The position numbers were made by a program, and so were the translations under genes. 64,000 bases of DNA from Lama glama (Eukaryota). The notes beneath the pieces were generated by a model, which searched no databases, was not told the origin of the DNA, and saw nothing but the letters and a program-made list of their open reading frames with translations. Below are positions 12,933-25,749 of the stretch, piece by piece (position 1 is the first letter of the stretch; each line of letters starts with the position of its first letter). The stretch covers positions 93,064,001 through 93,128,000 of the forward strand of contig CM052817.1 of the NCBI GenBank assembly GCA_028534125.1, in the 5' to 3' direction.

Positions 12933-13255
12933 CAAAAAAAAAAAAAGGAACATATATACAAAACAGAAACAGATTCATAGACATAGAATACAAACTTGTG
13001 GTTGCCAAGGGGACGGGGTGGGAAGGGACAGACTTGGATTTCAAAATTTGTAGACACTGACAGGCATATGCAGAATAGATAAACAAGATTACACTGTATA
13101 ACACAGGGAAATATATACAAGATCTTGTGGTAGCTCACAGTGAGAAAAAAATGTGACAATGAATATATATATGTTCATGTATAACTGAAAAATTGTGCTC
13201 TACACTGGAATTTGACACAACATTGTAAAATGGCTATAACTCAATAAAAAAAAAT
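12933..13255 (+). mobile_element. Young L1 3' UTR fragment
   Basis: Close homology to 9630-9905; ends ctataactcaataaaaaaaaa; has an extra internal block acactgacaggcatatgcag (different subfamily). Confidence 0.9.
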
Positions 13256-13279
13256 TTTTTTAATAATTTTAAGTGTAAC

Positions 13280-15390
13280 TTTTCTGCTTTTACTTAGGAT
13301 GTAGAAAGTTGCATTCCCACCATGAGAATGAGAAGGAGCTGGATAACCAACAAAAATCATAGCTTTATTGTTTAAGCCCATCTGAGAGCTAAGATCACAA
13401 AGCAACTCAATGAACCAAATGTGAAAGAAGCAAACCCCTCCTAGGAAAGAAGACACATATGGCTAATTCCATCTTTGGCAGGGGAGAGAGAAGAGGAGGA
13501 AGTGCCCACAGATACAGGTAATAACAAAACAAACTTTTCAGTGAGTGTTTAAAGTCCAGGTGGGAGCTAGGTGGCAATTTCAAATGACTGGAAACCCCAA
13601 TTACAAAAGAAGTCTGTACTCGCCTGTGAGCTCTTTTCCATGGGCCTTCACTGAATGGTTGTGAAAAGATGAAGCGCAGAGCAAGAGGGCCAAGGTAGGC
13701 CCTATGAGTATTGTGGGCATTAGACTTAGTAGGAAGCAGAGGCTGTCCGTTGCCAGTGGAAGAGCAAGAGAGCAGGAAGAGACCCCTTCCTCTTTCCTGA
13801 GGTCCAGGCATGTGAATTCTGTTGACGTCTGGAGGCAAGGCAATGACAAGGAAAGAAACCCTACAGTCAGGCCAGACTTCATGCTAAATTCAAGGTAGTG
13901 GCTTCCATTGTTCTAGGCAGATTTGGAAAACTGAGAGAGACCCCTCCCTAGGTGCAGTTTTATGGGGTCTTCTGAAGACAGAGAGCAGAGCACAAGAGAA
14001 CTGACAGAAACCCTCCAGGCATTCAGACCCAATCTCTCCTAATAACAGGGCTCTGATCCAACCATCAAATAATTTGAAGCCTGTGCTGAACAGAGTCCAA
14101 TAAAAACAACAATGAAACTTAGGCTCAGCTCAAACCCACCTTAGCAGCCTGACAAAGAAGAGGCCTCCTTTTCTAGAAATAAATATTGGTTACGCAGTCT
14201 CTGCTGTTAATTTACTTGTGAGTTCCAGCGTTCAATTAAAAATAATTGAGACATGCAGAAAGCAAGAATTAATGACCAATTATTGAGAAGTAATAGCCAC
14301 TAGAACCAGAGCCAGAGATGACCCAACTATTGGAGTTATCAGACAGGGACATTAAAATATAAGTGAAAAATATTTTAAGAAAGTTAGTGGAGAGGGTTGG
14401 CTAGCCTGTTAGACTGATGGTGCATTAATTTCCTGTTGCTGCTGTATCAAATTACCATGAACTTGTGGCTTAAAAGCATAAATTTATTATCTTCAAGTTC
14501 TGGAGGTCAGAACATTGAAATTGGGATTGTGGGCTAAAATTAGGTATCATCAGGGCTGCCTTCCATCTAGGGGAGAATATGTTTTCTTGCTTTTTCCAGC
14601 TGCCAAAGGCTGCCTGCCTTCCCCAGCTCATGGCCCCTTCTTGCTTCATCAAAGCCAACACATGATAGCATCTTCAAATCCTGTCCCTCCCTCTTTCACT
14701 TATTAGAACCTTATGATTGCATTGTGCCTACCTGGGTAACCCAGGATAATCTCATCCTCTCAAAGTCAGATGTTTAGCAATCTTAATCCTATATGAAACC
14801 TTAATTCCCCTTTGCCATGAGACACACTATTTACAGGTACTAGGAACTAGGACATGGATGTCTTTTAGGGGAGGGGGCATTATTCTGCCCACTCCAGACA
14901 GGGAATTTAATGGAGAGATGGATTACAAAAGTCAAGTGGAAATGGTAAAAATATCAAGATCAAGATATCTTTTGATGGGTCTATTGTGGACAAATAGCAG
15001 ATTATATGCTGAATTATAAAGCATATATCAATACATTTAAAAGTATTGAAATGATGCACAATATGTTCACTGATATAATGTTAAATTAGTTAATAATAAG
15101 TATTAATTAAAAGTGTAATCTCAAGCCATTAGGAAATTATACAACTAAATAACCCATGGGTCAAAGAAGAAATCACAAAGGAAATTAGAATGTAGTTTAA
15201 ATGACTAGATAATTAAAATAAAGCATATCAGAATATGTGGGTTACAACACAAAGGAGTCCTTAGAATAAAATTATACCTTTATGTGGCTATAATACACAA
15301 GGAAAGTGTTGTTAAATCCATGATTTATGCTGCAAGTTTAAGAAGATAGAAAAAGAAGAGCAAATTATATACAAAGTGAGGAGAAGTGAC
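13280..15390 (+). mobile_element. Old L1M 5' UTR / ORF1 / early ORF2 fragments, interrupted by a MaLR LTR
   Basis: agatgacccaactattggagttatcagacag (ORF1-type) and taaataacccatgggtcaaagaagaaatcacaa (ORF2-type). Confidence 0.65.
14421..14897 (-). mobile_element. MaLR solo LTR, MLT1C/D-like
   Basis: tttcctgttgctgctgta...aaatttattatct...gttctggaggtcagaa...ggggcattattctgcc. Confidence 0.8.
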
Positions 15391-15549
15391 CAATTTTGTT
15401 GATCTTTTCAAAGACCCAACTTCTGGTTTTGTTAATTTTTCTATTATTCTCTGTTTCATTAATTTATGCTCTAATCTTTCATTTTCCCCTGCCTTCTGCT
15501 CTCTTTAGGTTTAGTTTGCTTGTCTTTTTCTGTGGTCTTAAGGAAAAAG

Positions 15550-18500
15550 GAATTTTGGGAAGTTTTTTTACTCCATGTAGGATATTGGCATTTAACTCAC
15601 CATCCTACCAAGTCTTTTGGGGTTTAGGAGGCACCCAAATTCAGATGAGGAATTTGAACGGGGTGTACAATGGGTAAGGAAAATTAAAGGACATTGTGGG
15701 TGGAGCCTTTTAGACCAATTCAATGTACTTCTGTTATTGCTTCTACATCTAAATGTGTAGTATGATTAGATGTGTCATAGGCATGTACTTACTAATCCCA
15801 TAAGTGACAAAGGAAAAGCTAGATGTAAAGAAAGTGCTAATACCCTTGGGGACTCACAACTCTGATGACTCATTTGAGCTGTAGGTCTCAAGGACTGATG
15901 GTTCCGCCAATTGAACACTCTGGCAAAGAGAGCTACTACTGGGTGGGGGGCGGAGTACATCTGGCATTTTGGAATCATCACCTTCCAGTCATATCAAGCT
16001 ACTAACTTCTTTTAGAGTTCTTCTCAACTCCCCACCCCAGGAGCGCTGTGTCTCTCTGGCCTGATATTTCCATTTTGGGGTAGTTCAACTCAGACTCCAT
16101 AGCTAACAAGGTGGGAAGGGTACATAAAGCTTTGCTTTTAAAATGAAAATGGTATATTCAAAAATGCAACTCGCCTGGCTCCAGTGGTTTCTTGACTTTA
16201 CAAGAAAAAGTGGCAGCTACCTCACTGGGAGAAACTTCCTCCCCCAGTCTGCTGCCTAAAGCAATGCCACTGGATTTTCTTGATTCAAGGAGATTCACTT
16301 AAATGCCTGGGCCTTGTTCACTTATAACTTAACCAGGCTGAAACTTGATAGTGTCTACTGAACTGCAGCCTCAGTTCAGCCTGAGTCCCAGCTGTGCAGG
16401 ATCAAAAATAGACATGGTTAGTCCACTTCGCTGAGGACTCAAGGCATTTCACGTATCTCTGTTATGGCCCTCAGCAAACCCTGCTGTGCTTTTATTGACT
16501 CTTTGACCTTTGTCAATAGTCTGGCTGTTTGGTCTACCACTTGAAAAACTACGTGGCAGATTAAAGACATACCTCTTCAGAGCCAGGAACTATAGAAATA
16601 AAATCATGATTAATGATGATACTGTCTGAGTCACACATGTAGATGCCCATGGTAAAGGCCTGTTTTCTGATGAGACTGCATGGAATCAAGGTACCAGTGG
16701 GGACTTCTCCACCTAGATGCCACCATTGCTGCCTGATTCACCATTGTACCAGACCTACCAACACATTTACCATCAGAGACTTGGCACAAAGTAAAGTAAA
16801 GGTGTCCTTGTTTTTGATTCAGAAAGCATCACTATCAGACTCCTATCAAAGGCTGACCCATTTGTCTTGCAGTGGAGAAGACCACGTCCCACAGGGCATT
16901 GCCGCTGCTATTCCTAGAAGACTTACTATATTAGATCGTTGAACCCTTTCAGGGCTATCAGTAGTGCCTCACTGCTGCTGATAGTTTTTCAGGTTATAGT
17001 GTTATTCTTCCAGTTTGATCAGCCAATTCTAGCCACATTATTGTGTCCCTTGAAACTAATCTATGTTATGTTTTTGACTCTCTGGTCCATTTGCAGTTGG
17101 GAGAAGATGCACCTTTTATCACAAAGGCCACTCAACAATGAGTAATGATCAAGGTATTCAGTGGACTTTCCACACTTCCCACCATTCAGAGACATCTGGT
17201 ATGTTTGAGTGTTGGAATGGCTCCTTAAAAATAGATTCAAAAATATTTCTGACTCTATGTCTCTTATCTCCTTCTTGTCCACAAACCTTAGTAGGTAGTT
17301 TGGTCCCCAGAAGGAGATAATCTTCTCTTGGTCACTTCCTGAATAATTATCAGGATAAAAGAGATGGGAGAGTTTATGGACTTATTTTGAATTTTGGGGA
17401 TTCTGCTCTGAACATTCCTGGATATGACACTTTTTTTTTCCCTTACAATAAATCAAAGCCAGCCTTGGGGATATATCATTTAGGTAGTAAACCAACTGAA
17501 AGAGAATCTAAGGGATTCAAACTTAATTCTGCTTCAGGCTCTTGGATTCACTTGTTGAACTGACAGTATTTTAGAGCCTAAAGATAATAACCCCTTGGCC
17601 GAGTGCACTGTGAGCTGAGTCCCCCTACAGTGGACCATGTGGGCCAAATGGGGCACAGATCTCTAAGATTTATAAGAATGCCCATTCCTCTAGCACCTGA
17701 CCTTTCTGTATGGAAAGTAAGAGTGAGAGTAAGAGATGACTGGGGAGAAAAAAGTGCAGGTGTAGCTACCAGAATGAGATACACCAATTTTATGATTGAG
17801 GGAAAGTAACAATCCCAGCACCTGGGGAAGGAATGTCTTAAATCTGGGGTGGTACGGAGGAGGGCGGGGTACTAATGATGTTTGTCTTTCAGAACTACTC
17901 TTGGAACTTTTCCTATGAAGGGAAATGGTCTACTGCAGTTCTACCAAAGTGTTGCAAATGCCTTGAGTCTAACTGACTGCAGAGTTGGCCAACCCTTTCC
18001 AGATGGTCCTGACCATCATTTGATTTCTATTCCCATTAACCTTATTATAAAGTATACTAGAACTAGCAGGGAATGATCCCAGGTCTTCTCTGTCTCATGC
18101 AAAACACTAGTCATCACATCTGGATATCTTTCCCACTAACTTTCTTGGTCATTCTGCAGAGCAAATGTTGCCCGCCTGATCATATGGACAAACAGCACAG
18201 ATTGAACTGTCTGTCCTCAGAGAGTCCCTCCAAAAAAAAGAATAGAGTCAGCTATTTGAACCGAACTGGGGACCCTAAAAACCTACCAGTCAGCTAGAAG
18301 ACCACACTGGAAGCACTGTCAACCTCCTTGACTCATGTAGGTCTCACTTGAAGGGCCCCTAAGTTTGTAAGCAACATTTTCTTTCCAGATAGCACATGTG
18401 CCCCTGAAATGATACTTCATGTGTCAACTTGCCAGGATTAACTTACTTCCTTCCTGAAATCATGGTGACTTGGACCTTACGATGCTTATATTCATGTGTT

Positions 18501-19147
18501 TAAGGAAACACTACAGGTAGCTCGCGTGTTTCTCACATAACTGCAGAGACCTCTCCAAAATGAGCTTATCCTTGGCTATTTGGGAGAGTTTCCCAAGGGG
18601 AAGCTGTCTAGTTATTTATCCCTGTGATGAGAATCATTCAGTTTCAACTTGTGTGACATTTGTCTTTGATTTTAGCTGAAGTAATCAGTGGCACCACTTC
18701 AGATCTGGAAGGGGTTCAAGTATGCCTCAACTCACTGACCAGCATTATTATGGATGATGGAATTTCCCTAGACTTCCTTCTTGCAAGCCAGGACAGAGTC
18801 TGTGTAATTGCTAATATGTCAGGCCATACCTGGGCCAAGTGGAAAGGTCCATACAGAAATGTCAGAAGTCCCGGGATGGTCAAGGTATGCCCTGATGGTT
18901 TATAGCATTTGTTCAGCTGGCTTGGTTGAAACCCTGGGAGGGAGAGCATGGTAGAGGTCAGTACTGTTGGCTTTCCTTCTCCTGGTGTTTGGAGCCCTGT
19001 TGACAGTAGCCTTATTAAAAGGTGTATAAGGCAAATAAATGTATTCTGTTCTAACATCTATTAGAGTAATGAGAGTAACAAATAGGGTGTCATACTCATG
19101 GGAAAATTTACCAGAAATCAATATGGCATAAAAAGCAGGGGTCCATA
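15550..19147 (+). mobile_element. Decayed class III (ERV-L-like) proviral internal region with pol and env remnants
   Basis: RNase H-like FIDS...AVWS (16491 on) and VTHVDAHGKG (16630-16659); integrase-like WTFH...SGMFECWNGSLK (~17160-17230); env TM-like NSL...LDFLLASQDRVCVIAN (ORF 18660-18905); many stops and frameshifts. Confidence 0.8.
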
Positions 19148-20189
19148 TGGCTGGGAATAATTCCCTATAGGCTGGGTGTTTCCATGTACTATGTGACCAG
19201 TGACACCAAAAGCCTTGGTTCCAAGCTATCTTTTTAAGGATTTGTTTGTTTGTTTTGTTTTGTTTTAAGTAGCCTTTGTTTTTCAGAATGGTTTTAGGGT
19301 TTTGGAAAAATTGCACATCAGGTATAGAAAGTCCCAAATACTGCCTACCACCCTCCACCACTGTCTCATCACACACAGTTTCCTCTTTTATTAACACTTT
19401 GCTTCAGTGTAATGTATTTATTGTAGTTGATGAACCAGTGTTGGTATGTTAGTATTAACTAATTAGTCTTTAGTTTGCCTTAGGCTTCACTCTTTATATT
19501 GTACAATTCTGTGGATTTTGACATTCCAGTATCAATAATTTCACTGCCTTAAAGATGCCCTGTGCTCCATCTGTTCATTCCTCTCCAGTTCCCACTGAAC
19601 CCCAGGCAGCTACTGTTCATTTCTTTTTCTCTACAGTGTTGCCTTTTCCAGAATGTCATATATTTGGAGTCTTAGACTATGTAGCCTTTTCAGATTGGTT
19701 TCTTTAGCAATACATTAATATTCCACCATGTCTTATCAAGTCTTGATAGCACATTTCTTTTTATCATTGATGAATACTCCATTGTATGCATCTACTATGA
19801 TTTGTTTAATCATTCACCAGTTACAAGACAAGTTTTGTAAGAAACTTTCAAGCTGTCTTGCAAAGTGGGTGGACCATTTTACATTCCCATCAGCAATAAG
19901 TGAGAGCTAATGTTGTGCCGTGTCCTTATCAGCATTTGGTGTTGTCAGCATTTAGCATTGTCACAAACCCCCTGCATGCATAACAACCACTTGGGCCTCA
20001 TCACTTCAGCTCGTGAGACATGGAAGCAGGGGAAACTGATGCAAACATATTGATAGTCAAGCTGTTTACTGTGCCCTGAGGGACAAAGTCTTTTGCCTCT
20101 GACTCAGTAGTCTCATATCTTATGCCGGAATCCATGAAATGTTTAGCTTGTGAAAAAGTAAAATCCCAGACTGTTTACAGTTCTTGGCA
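19148..20189 (+). mobile_element. 3' LTR of the provirus (MER54/73/74-like), split by an L1MC insertion
   Basis: Follows purine tract aaaaagcagggg; 5' part ~19148-19230; 3' part ~19962-20189 ends gtaaaatcccagactgtttacagttcttggca as in MER74-group LTRs. Confidence 0.65.
19235..19960 (-). mobile_element. L1MC-type 3' end
   Basis: T-rich tail, then gttgatgaaccagt...ttgccttttccagaatgtcata...ccattttacattcccatcagcaat. Confidence 0.75.
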
Positions 20190-21826
20190 TGTACATCCAC
20201 CAAGAAAGACTTATACAAGAAGTTGATTGTAGTTTAATTCATAATAGCAGACATTTGCAAACAAACAAAATATCCAACAACAGATGAATGGATAATCAAA
20301 TTCTGGTATTTCGTACAATGGAATACTACTTAGCAAAATAAAGGCATGCATTGCTGATATGCACAATCACATGGATGAAAACCTACCAGATACACTGACT
20401 AAAATAAGGCAGCCATGAAACAGCACATGCCCTGTACTTCCATTTATATGAAATTTCGGAATTTGCGTAACTAATTTATGGTTATAGAAGTGAGAACAGC
20501 ATTTTATTTCTGAGTGGCAGAGACTGATTGGGATAATTCTAAAGGGAAATTTCTTAGGTGAGGGAGAACTTGATATGGATACATCTTCAACATTGGGGTT
20601 TGTGTCATCCAACATTTCCTTGTCCTGAATTTGCCTTTTTTTTAATGTAATTAAAAAGGGACAAAATGGCATTCCAAAAAAGTGCAGTTTCAAAACTGAC
20701 CAAACTGTATATGCAAGGTCTTTGTACCTCACTTACATATAAATTTTACCTTAATAACAAAAAATTAAATATAACTACTAAATGAATACAAATGTGATAT
20801 GGGATTTCTAAACCAAAGAAAACGGATTCAAGCCAACAATATAACATAAAGGAACAAATAAAGAAGAAAGTAAGAGTATCTATAAATAAGAAAGCATAAA
20901 ATAGATACTCAAATAAGTCAAAATATATCAATAATCACAACTAATTCCTTTCAAAAGACAGAAGTTCCCAGAGTAAGTGACATAAAATACATTTTAAAAA
21001 CAAGTGTTAACATTCCAGTCATTAGCACTTTGCAAACAGGCTCCCATAAAACAAAGTGAAATGTTTTAGGGTTAAGGGATGGATACACACAACTAACTAA
21101 AATAATTCTTTATGGTACTATCAGAAAACAAATATTCCCAGTCAGACAAAAGAAATTCAATGTGACAGTTTTATATATTGTTATAAAGGTACAACCTACC
21201 AGTATGTTATATCTCATGAATCTTTTATGCACCTAATATCATAGCTTTAAAGTAAAGGAAAAACTATTAGAAATTTAAGAAGACCTGACAAAGGTCAGTT
21301 ATAGTTGGATCTTTTAACACAACTTTCTCAAAAGTTGGCCGAGAATGGAGACAGAATGTATCGATATGTATGATCTGACTAATTCTGTTAATAATATTGG
21401 ACTTTAAACCTAAAAATGTTTTCCATTATTGATTGAACAGTGACATATTTGGTCATACAGTAAACCACAAATAAAGTTGCAAATATTTCTCCATAAATGT
21501 GTCTAGGGAAAGTAGCATTCTGCTGTACCACTGATGATACAAGTGGTTATAACAGCTTTGTAAGGCAATTTGGGCATATCTATGAAGATTTAAAGTGCAC
21601 ATATATCTTATCCCAAAGGACTTTGCTTTGAGGAATGTATTCAACAAAATCACTCACATATGTGCATAAGGACATATGAATGAAGATGCTATATAAGACA
21701 TCATTGTAATATCAAAAAGCTGGAAACAATCTAATGAAAATCACAATTAGAAGATTGGCTAAATTATGGTAAATCCATACAATGGAAAACTATGAATTCA
21801 TTGAAAGGATGTGTGTGTATATACAA

Positions 21827-21858
<32 letters not shown>

Positions 21859-22030
21859 GTATACACATATATACATATATGTAAATTTGTAACTGTGAGG
21901 TGATGAATGTTCACTAAATTTATTGTGATCATTTCACAATATATACCTATATCAAATAATTATGGTGTGCATCTTAAACTAATATATAATGTTTATGTCA
22001 CTTACATCTGAATATCTGAATAAAACTGAG
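20190..22030 (+). mobile_element. Cluster of old L1ME/L1M fragments
   Basis: Repeated L1 3' motifs (acagatgaatggataa, tacaatggaatactact, tacaatggaaaacta) and an L1MA-type terminus at ~21890-22030. Confidence 0.6.
21810..21880. repeat. (CA)n/(TA)n compound microsatellite
   Basis: Directly visible dinucleotide runs. Confidence 0.9.
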
Positions 22031-23045
22031 GAAAATAAATAACTTATATACATATGTATATATACATATAATGCTACAGAATTTATGAATGAGTGGAAAT
22101 ACACAAGTGACAACAGAATTATACATATTATAATATGACCCCACTCTTTGTCTACTTTAATACCTGTAGTAGTGGAAAGATACACCCTACCATGTAGGCA
22201 AGGGTGACTTCTGAGGCAGAAGATGGGATTTGGATGTTAAACAGTGAAGAAGTTTGCTAAATAAGACTTATACATATTATTCTATATTTATTTATAGTTT
22301 GAGTATTTTTTATAGCCAAATATTCATTTATTAATTGTTTAACCAAATTTAATTCTAATTTAATTTGTAAACTACCAATCATCAAATTTTTAAAGATATC
22401 TTGACCCATGAGTTAAGTAAAGAAAAACAAAATTTTAGTTTTTAATTCACTTAAAATATTTTTTCACAGAGAACCAGATTGAATACAATTATCATCTCTG
22501 CTTAATAAAAAGTCTTTCATTATGGAATACTTAGCAATAGGTTAATATAATGCTCCTCTGTCGTGCACTCAAGAAAAATTTGTTAAATGAATTAATAAGC
22601 CTTTAGTATTTAGAGAGTACATGGACAAAAACAACGTCAGCAACAATATATATTGTTATTAACTTGCTTGTGAAAGGAAATCTAAAATATTTTTTATAGG
22701 TATTTTCCATCGCCATGGATTTCCCAAACTTTGTTTGTTACAGACTTTGGAGCCAAATAAGAGATCAAAACAAATAGGAGATTTTCTTCTTGATGTGAAC
22801 AAAAGAGTGAAATGAGTTGAGCAAATATGGGCAGGGTAAATTTAAGAAGCCATAAAGGCTTTGCCATACCATGCTTCATAATTTAAAACAAAATCATGAT
22901 TTGTGAGTACTATAATCACTACATCATTTTCTTTTTTACATGTTTTAGTGTATTTCTGTCTTTGCTATAGATCTATCTCATCTATAAGTCTCTGAATATA
23001 TTCAGAGAGTCTACGTCATGCATTATATGGAATATTGGACTAGAT

Positions 23046-23615
23046 CAGAGGTTCCTGAATATTTTGGATTCATGATGTTCTTAGTCCTCAGTAATTTTTC
23101 CATGTCTAGACCAAAAGAAATACCTTACAGCTCCTTTTCTAAGTTGCTAGGTCCAAAAATGTTAATAAATATTTACATCTTCAAAACTTAGTATCTATTT
23201 TAAATAATATAAAATCATTTGAAAAAAATGTTAAATATTTTTATTCTTAAATAAGCACAATTTGTGATTAACGGGCTGTGTGCCTTCCTTGAGCACTGCA
23301 CAACTTCTCAAACCTTGACACTAGACTAGATCCTGCCCCCTTCATCTGGTGCTTCACATTGATTGTACTGCGGTACTTTTTACCATCTCAACCTAGGAAA
23401 CTAACAGTTTTGAAAGGTATCATGTCGCTCAAAGGAATTTCACATGATCTGAAAACTGAAACCCAAATGCTTTGAGTGAATAGTTCAGTATCTGACAGAT
23501 GCTTGAAAAGACAGTGTGTTTACACTGAAAAATTTAAAGGTCCCTACTACCCTGTGGGTTTGTGAATTTGCTGCAATAGACCAGGGCACGTTGGCCCACA
23601 ACATGGGAACCACAG
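23046..23615. mobile_element. hAT-Charlie non-autonomous element, MER119-like
   Basis: Termini cagaggttcctgaa and tgggaaccacag; internal ctcagtaatttttc...ccaaaagaaatacct. Confidence 0.65.
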
Positions 23616-25749
23616 GACCTCATGGTTTGTAGGGTTTTTCCAGCTCTAAAATGCTATGATTCTGTGTAGAGAGAAGATTCTGACATTGGAAGACATTTCG
23701 TCTTTACAGCAATCAGGTTTAAAGACACCACTACATTCTGAGATCTGTACCCTTCATAAAGAAAAACGTTGAAGTGCAGCACGTAAAGGAGTAAATAATT
23801 TGAAACCAAGCACCTGTGGATCTTTATACTGCATCCACCACTTACTAAATGGGGACCATCAAGTCATTTAAATTCTCTAAGCCTAGGTTTCTTCAAGTGT
23901 AAAATTAAGATAACGTACACAGCTCATTACAGCACTGTGATAACTAAATGAGATAACGCAGGTAAGCGCTCAACCAAATGCCTCACAACTTGTGTTTAAT
24001 AAATGTCAGTAAGTGTTAAAAATGAGAATTTTTACCTTTAGTTGAGTCTGAAGACATTTTTTTAAAGATGATGAGCTTCTCATAAACAAATCAAGTGGCC
24101 TATAACTGTCAAATATATCATTAAATGAAATTAGGAGATTGAGAGTAAAAAATAAAGATTTATGAACTAGCTTAAACAAATGTTGATCATTTTACTGAAT
24201 ATAGTCTGTCTTGTTGAAGAGCTTAAAACTTAAAAAAAATAAATCTGCATTAATTTCTACTTATTTCATGAAAATAGAACCCCAAAACTATATTTATTAT
24301 TTTTTAAATTCCCCAGAGAATTAAAAGATCGAGAGGTCCTAAGAAATTCTTAACAGCATTAATGACTTGTTTTTAATAATTTTTAAAACCCATATAATTG
24401 AATTAATTACATGATTTAATTAAAATTTGTATTTAATACTGTATCCCATTCATCAATATAAAGGATAAATGATAGAATCTCCTTAATCTTTCTTTTTTCC
24501 CCATTTAAGCTTATTGCCAGTTTCCACTCTGTGCCTGTCAAACAATTTTTTTCTCAAAATGAGCAAAATAGATTTTGAAACTAAAGTATTTTTCATTTCC
24601 AGTCTGAGAGCAGAGCAGAACTTGGAGTAGGAAGAAAATAGAGGCATCTACGTATACTAATATTACAGATACATATTCAAGAGTAAAAGAGAACACTTGT
24701 TATTGTGGGTTTCCTCATTTTTATCAGTTTGCAAATCATTTGTGATAGTTGTGCTCTGGTTGAAATGCTAAGAGTTTGAGTTTAATAGTAACTTAAAAAA
24801 AATCTTTGATGCAAACCATAGTTACTGGATAAGTTTCCAATCTGACTGAAGGAGTAAAGTTAATATCATGTTTGACCATGTTTGTGGCTGTGAGACATAC
24901 ATTTACCTCAGGCCTCAAGCACATGCTGTTTATTGAGCAGCATTGTTCCTATAAATTCTGACTTTACAGAATCTAAAAGGTGACAAGAAGGTCACCCTGG
25001 ACCAGAGCCAGTGAGCAGCGCAGCTGCACTGTTGGGCAACAGCACTCCAGATGATCTGCTGGGGCGAGGATTGTGCAATTGTAGTGAAGGGATCGCCTCG
25101 AGTAGAGGAAGCAGAAGATGCTCTGTGGGACCGAGTGAAACCGATCTGCACTCTTGAGCACAGGAACTGGAAGACAATAGTAATGGACGAGAATGATCTA
25201 ATTTTCTTGGCATGAGATCATTGGTAGGAGAGCATAGGAAAAGAAAACCACCTACCCCCTTGAAGAGAAAGCAACAGTATCCCAAGAGGTATCTGAGACT
25301 CTCTCTCTCGATAAAACCTTGAAGAATTTATCTACATATTTTCTGCGCATTTTCCTCTACCTCTGCTTTTTCAATGGTACTCTAAGGGGAGATTTTCCCT
25401 CCCTATCTCCCCACTTCTATGGGACAACACAGATGCAAAAATAGAGGCACAGAAAGATCGCAGAGTATTTTAACTCTTGTTTGTAGAAACTAAACACGAG
25501 TGGGGCTGGGGCAGGATGGCAGACAGAACTGAAAGGAAAGACCTGGCCAAGAGGTAAGGGGTAGATGGGACGGCATCATTAAACAGAGACTCAGCATTGA
25601 GCGGTCAGTCAGTGTAGACCTTTCCTGTAGTCCATCCTCTGTGTTCGACTTCTTCCACAGCAATTGTAGACTTTTGTATGCCCACCTCGTATAGAAATAT
25701 CTTAAGTGTGGATGAGGGCTTGAAAGGAAAACTCTACTCCTGATCAAGG

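Noticed and set aside
18660..18905. Domesticated syncytin-like env gene
   Set aside because: Only an 81-aa fragment; the ISD and CX6CC motifs are decayed and the SU region is full of stops and frameshifts
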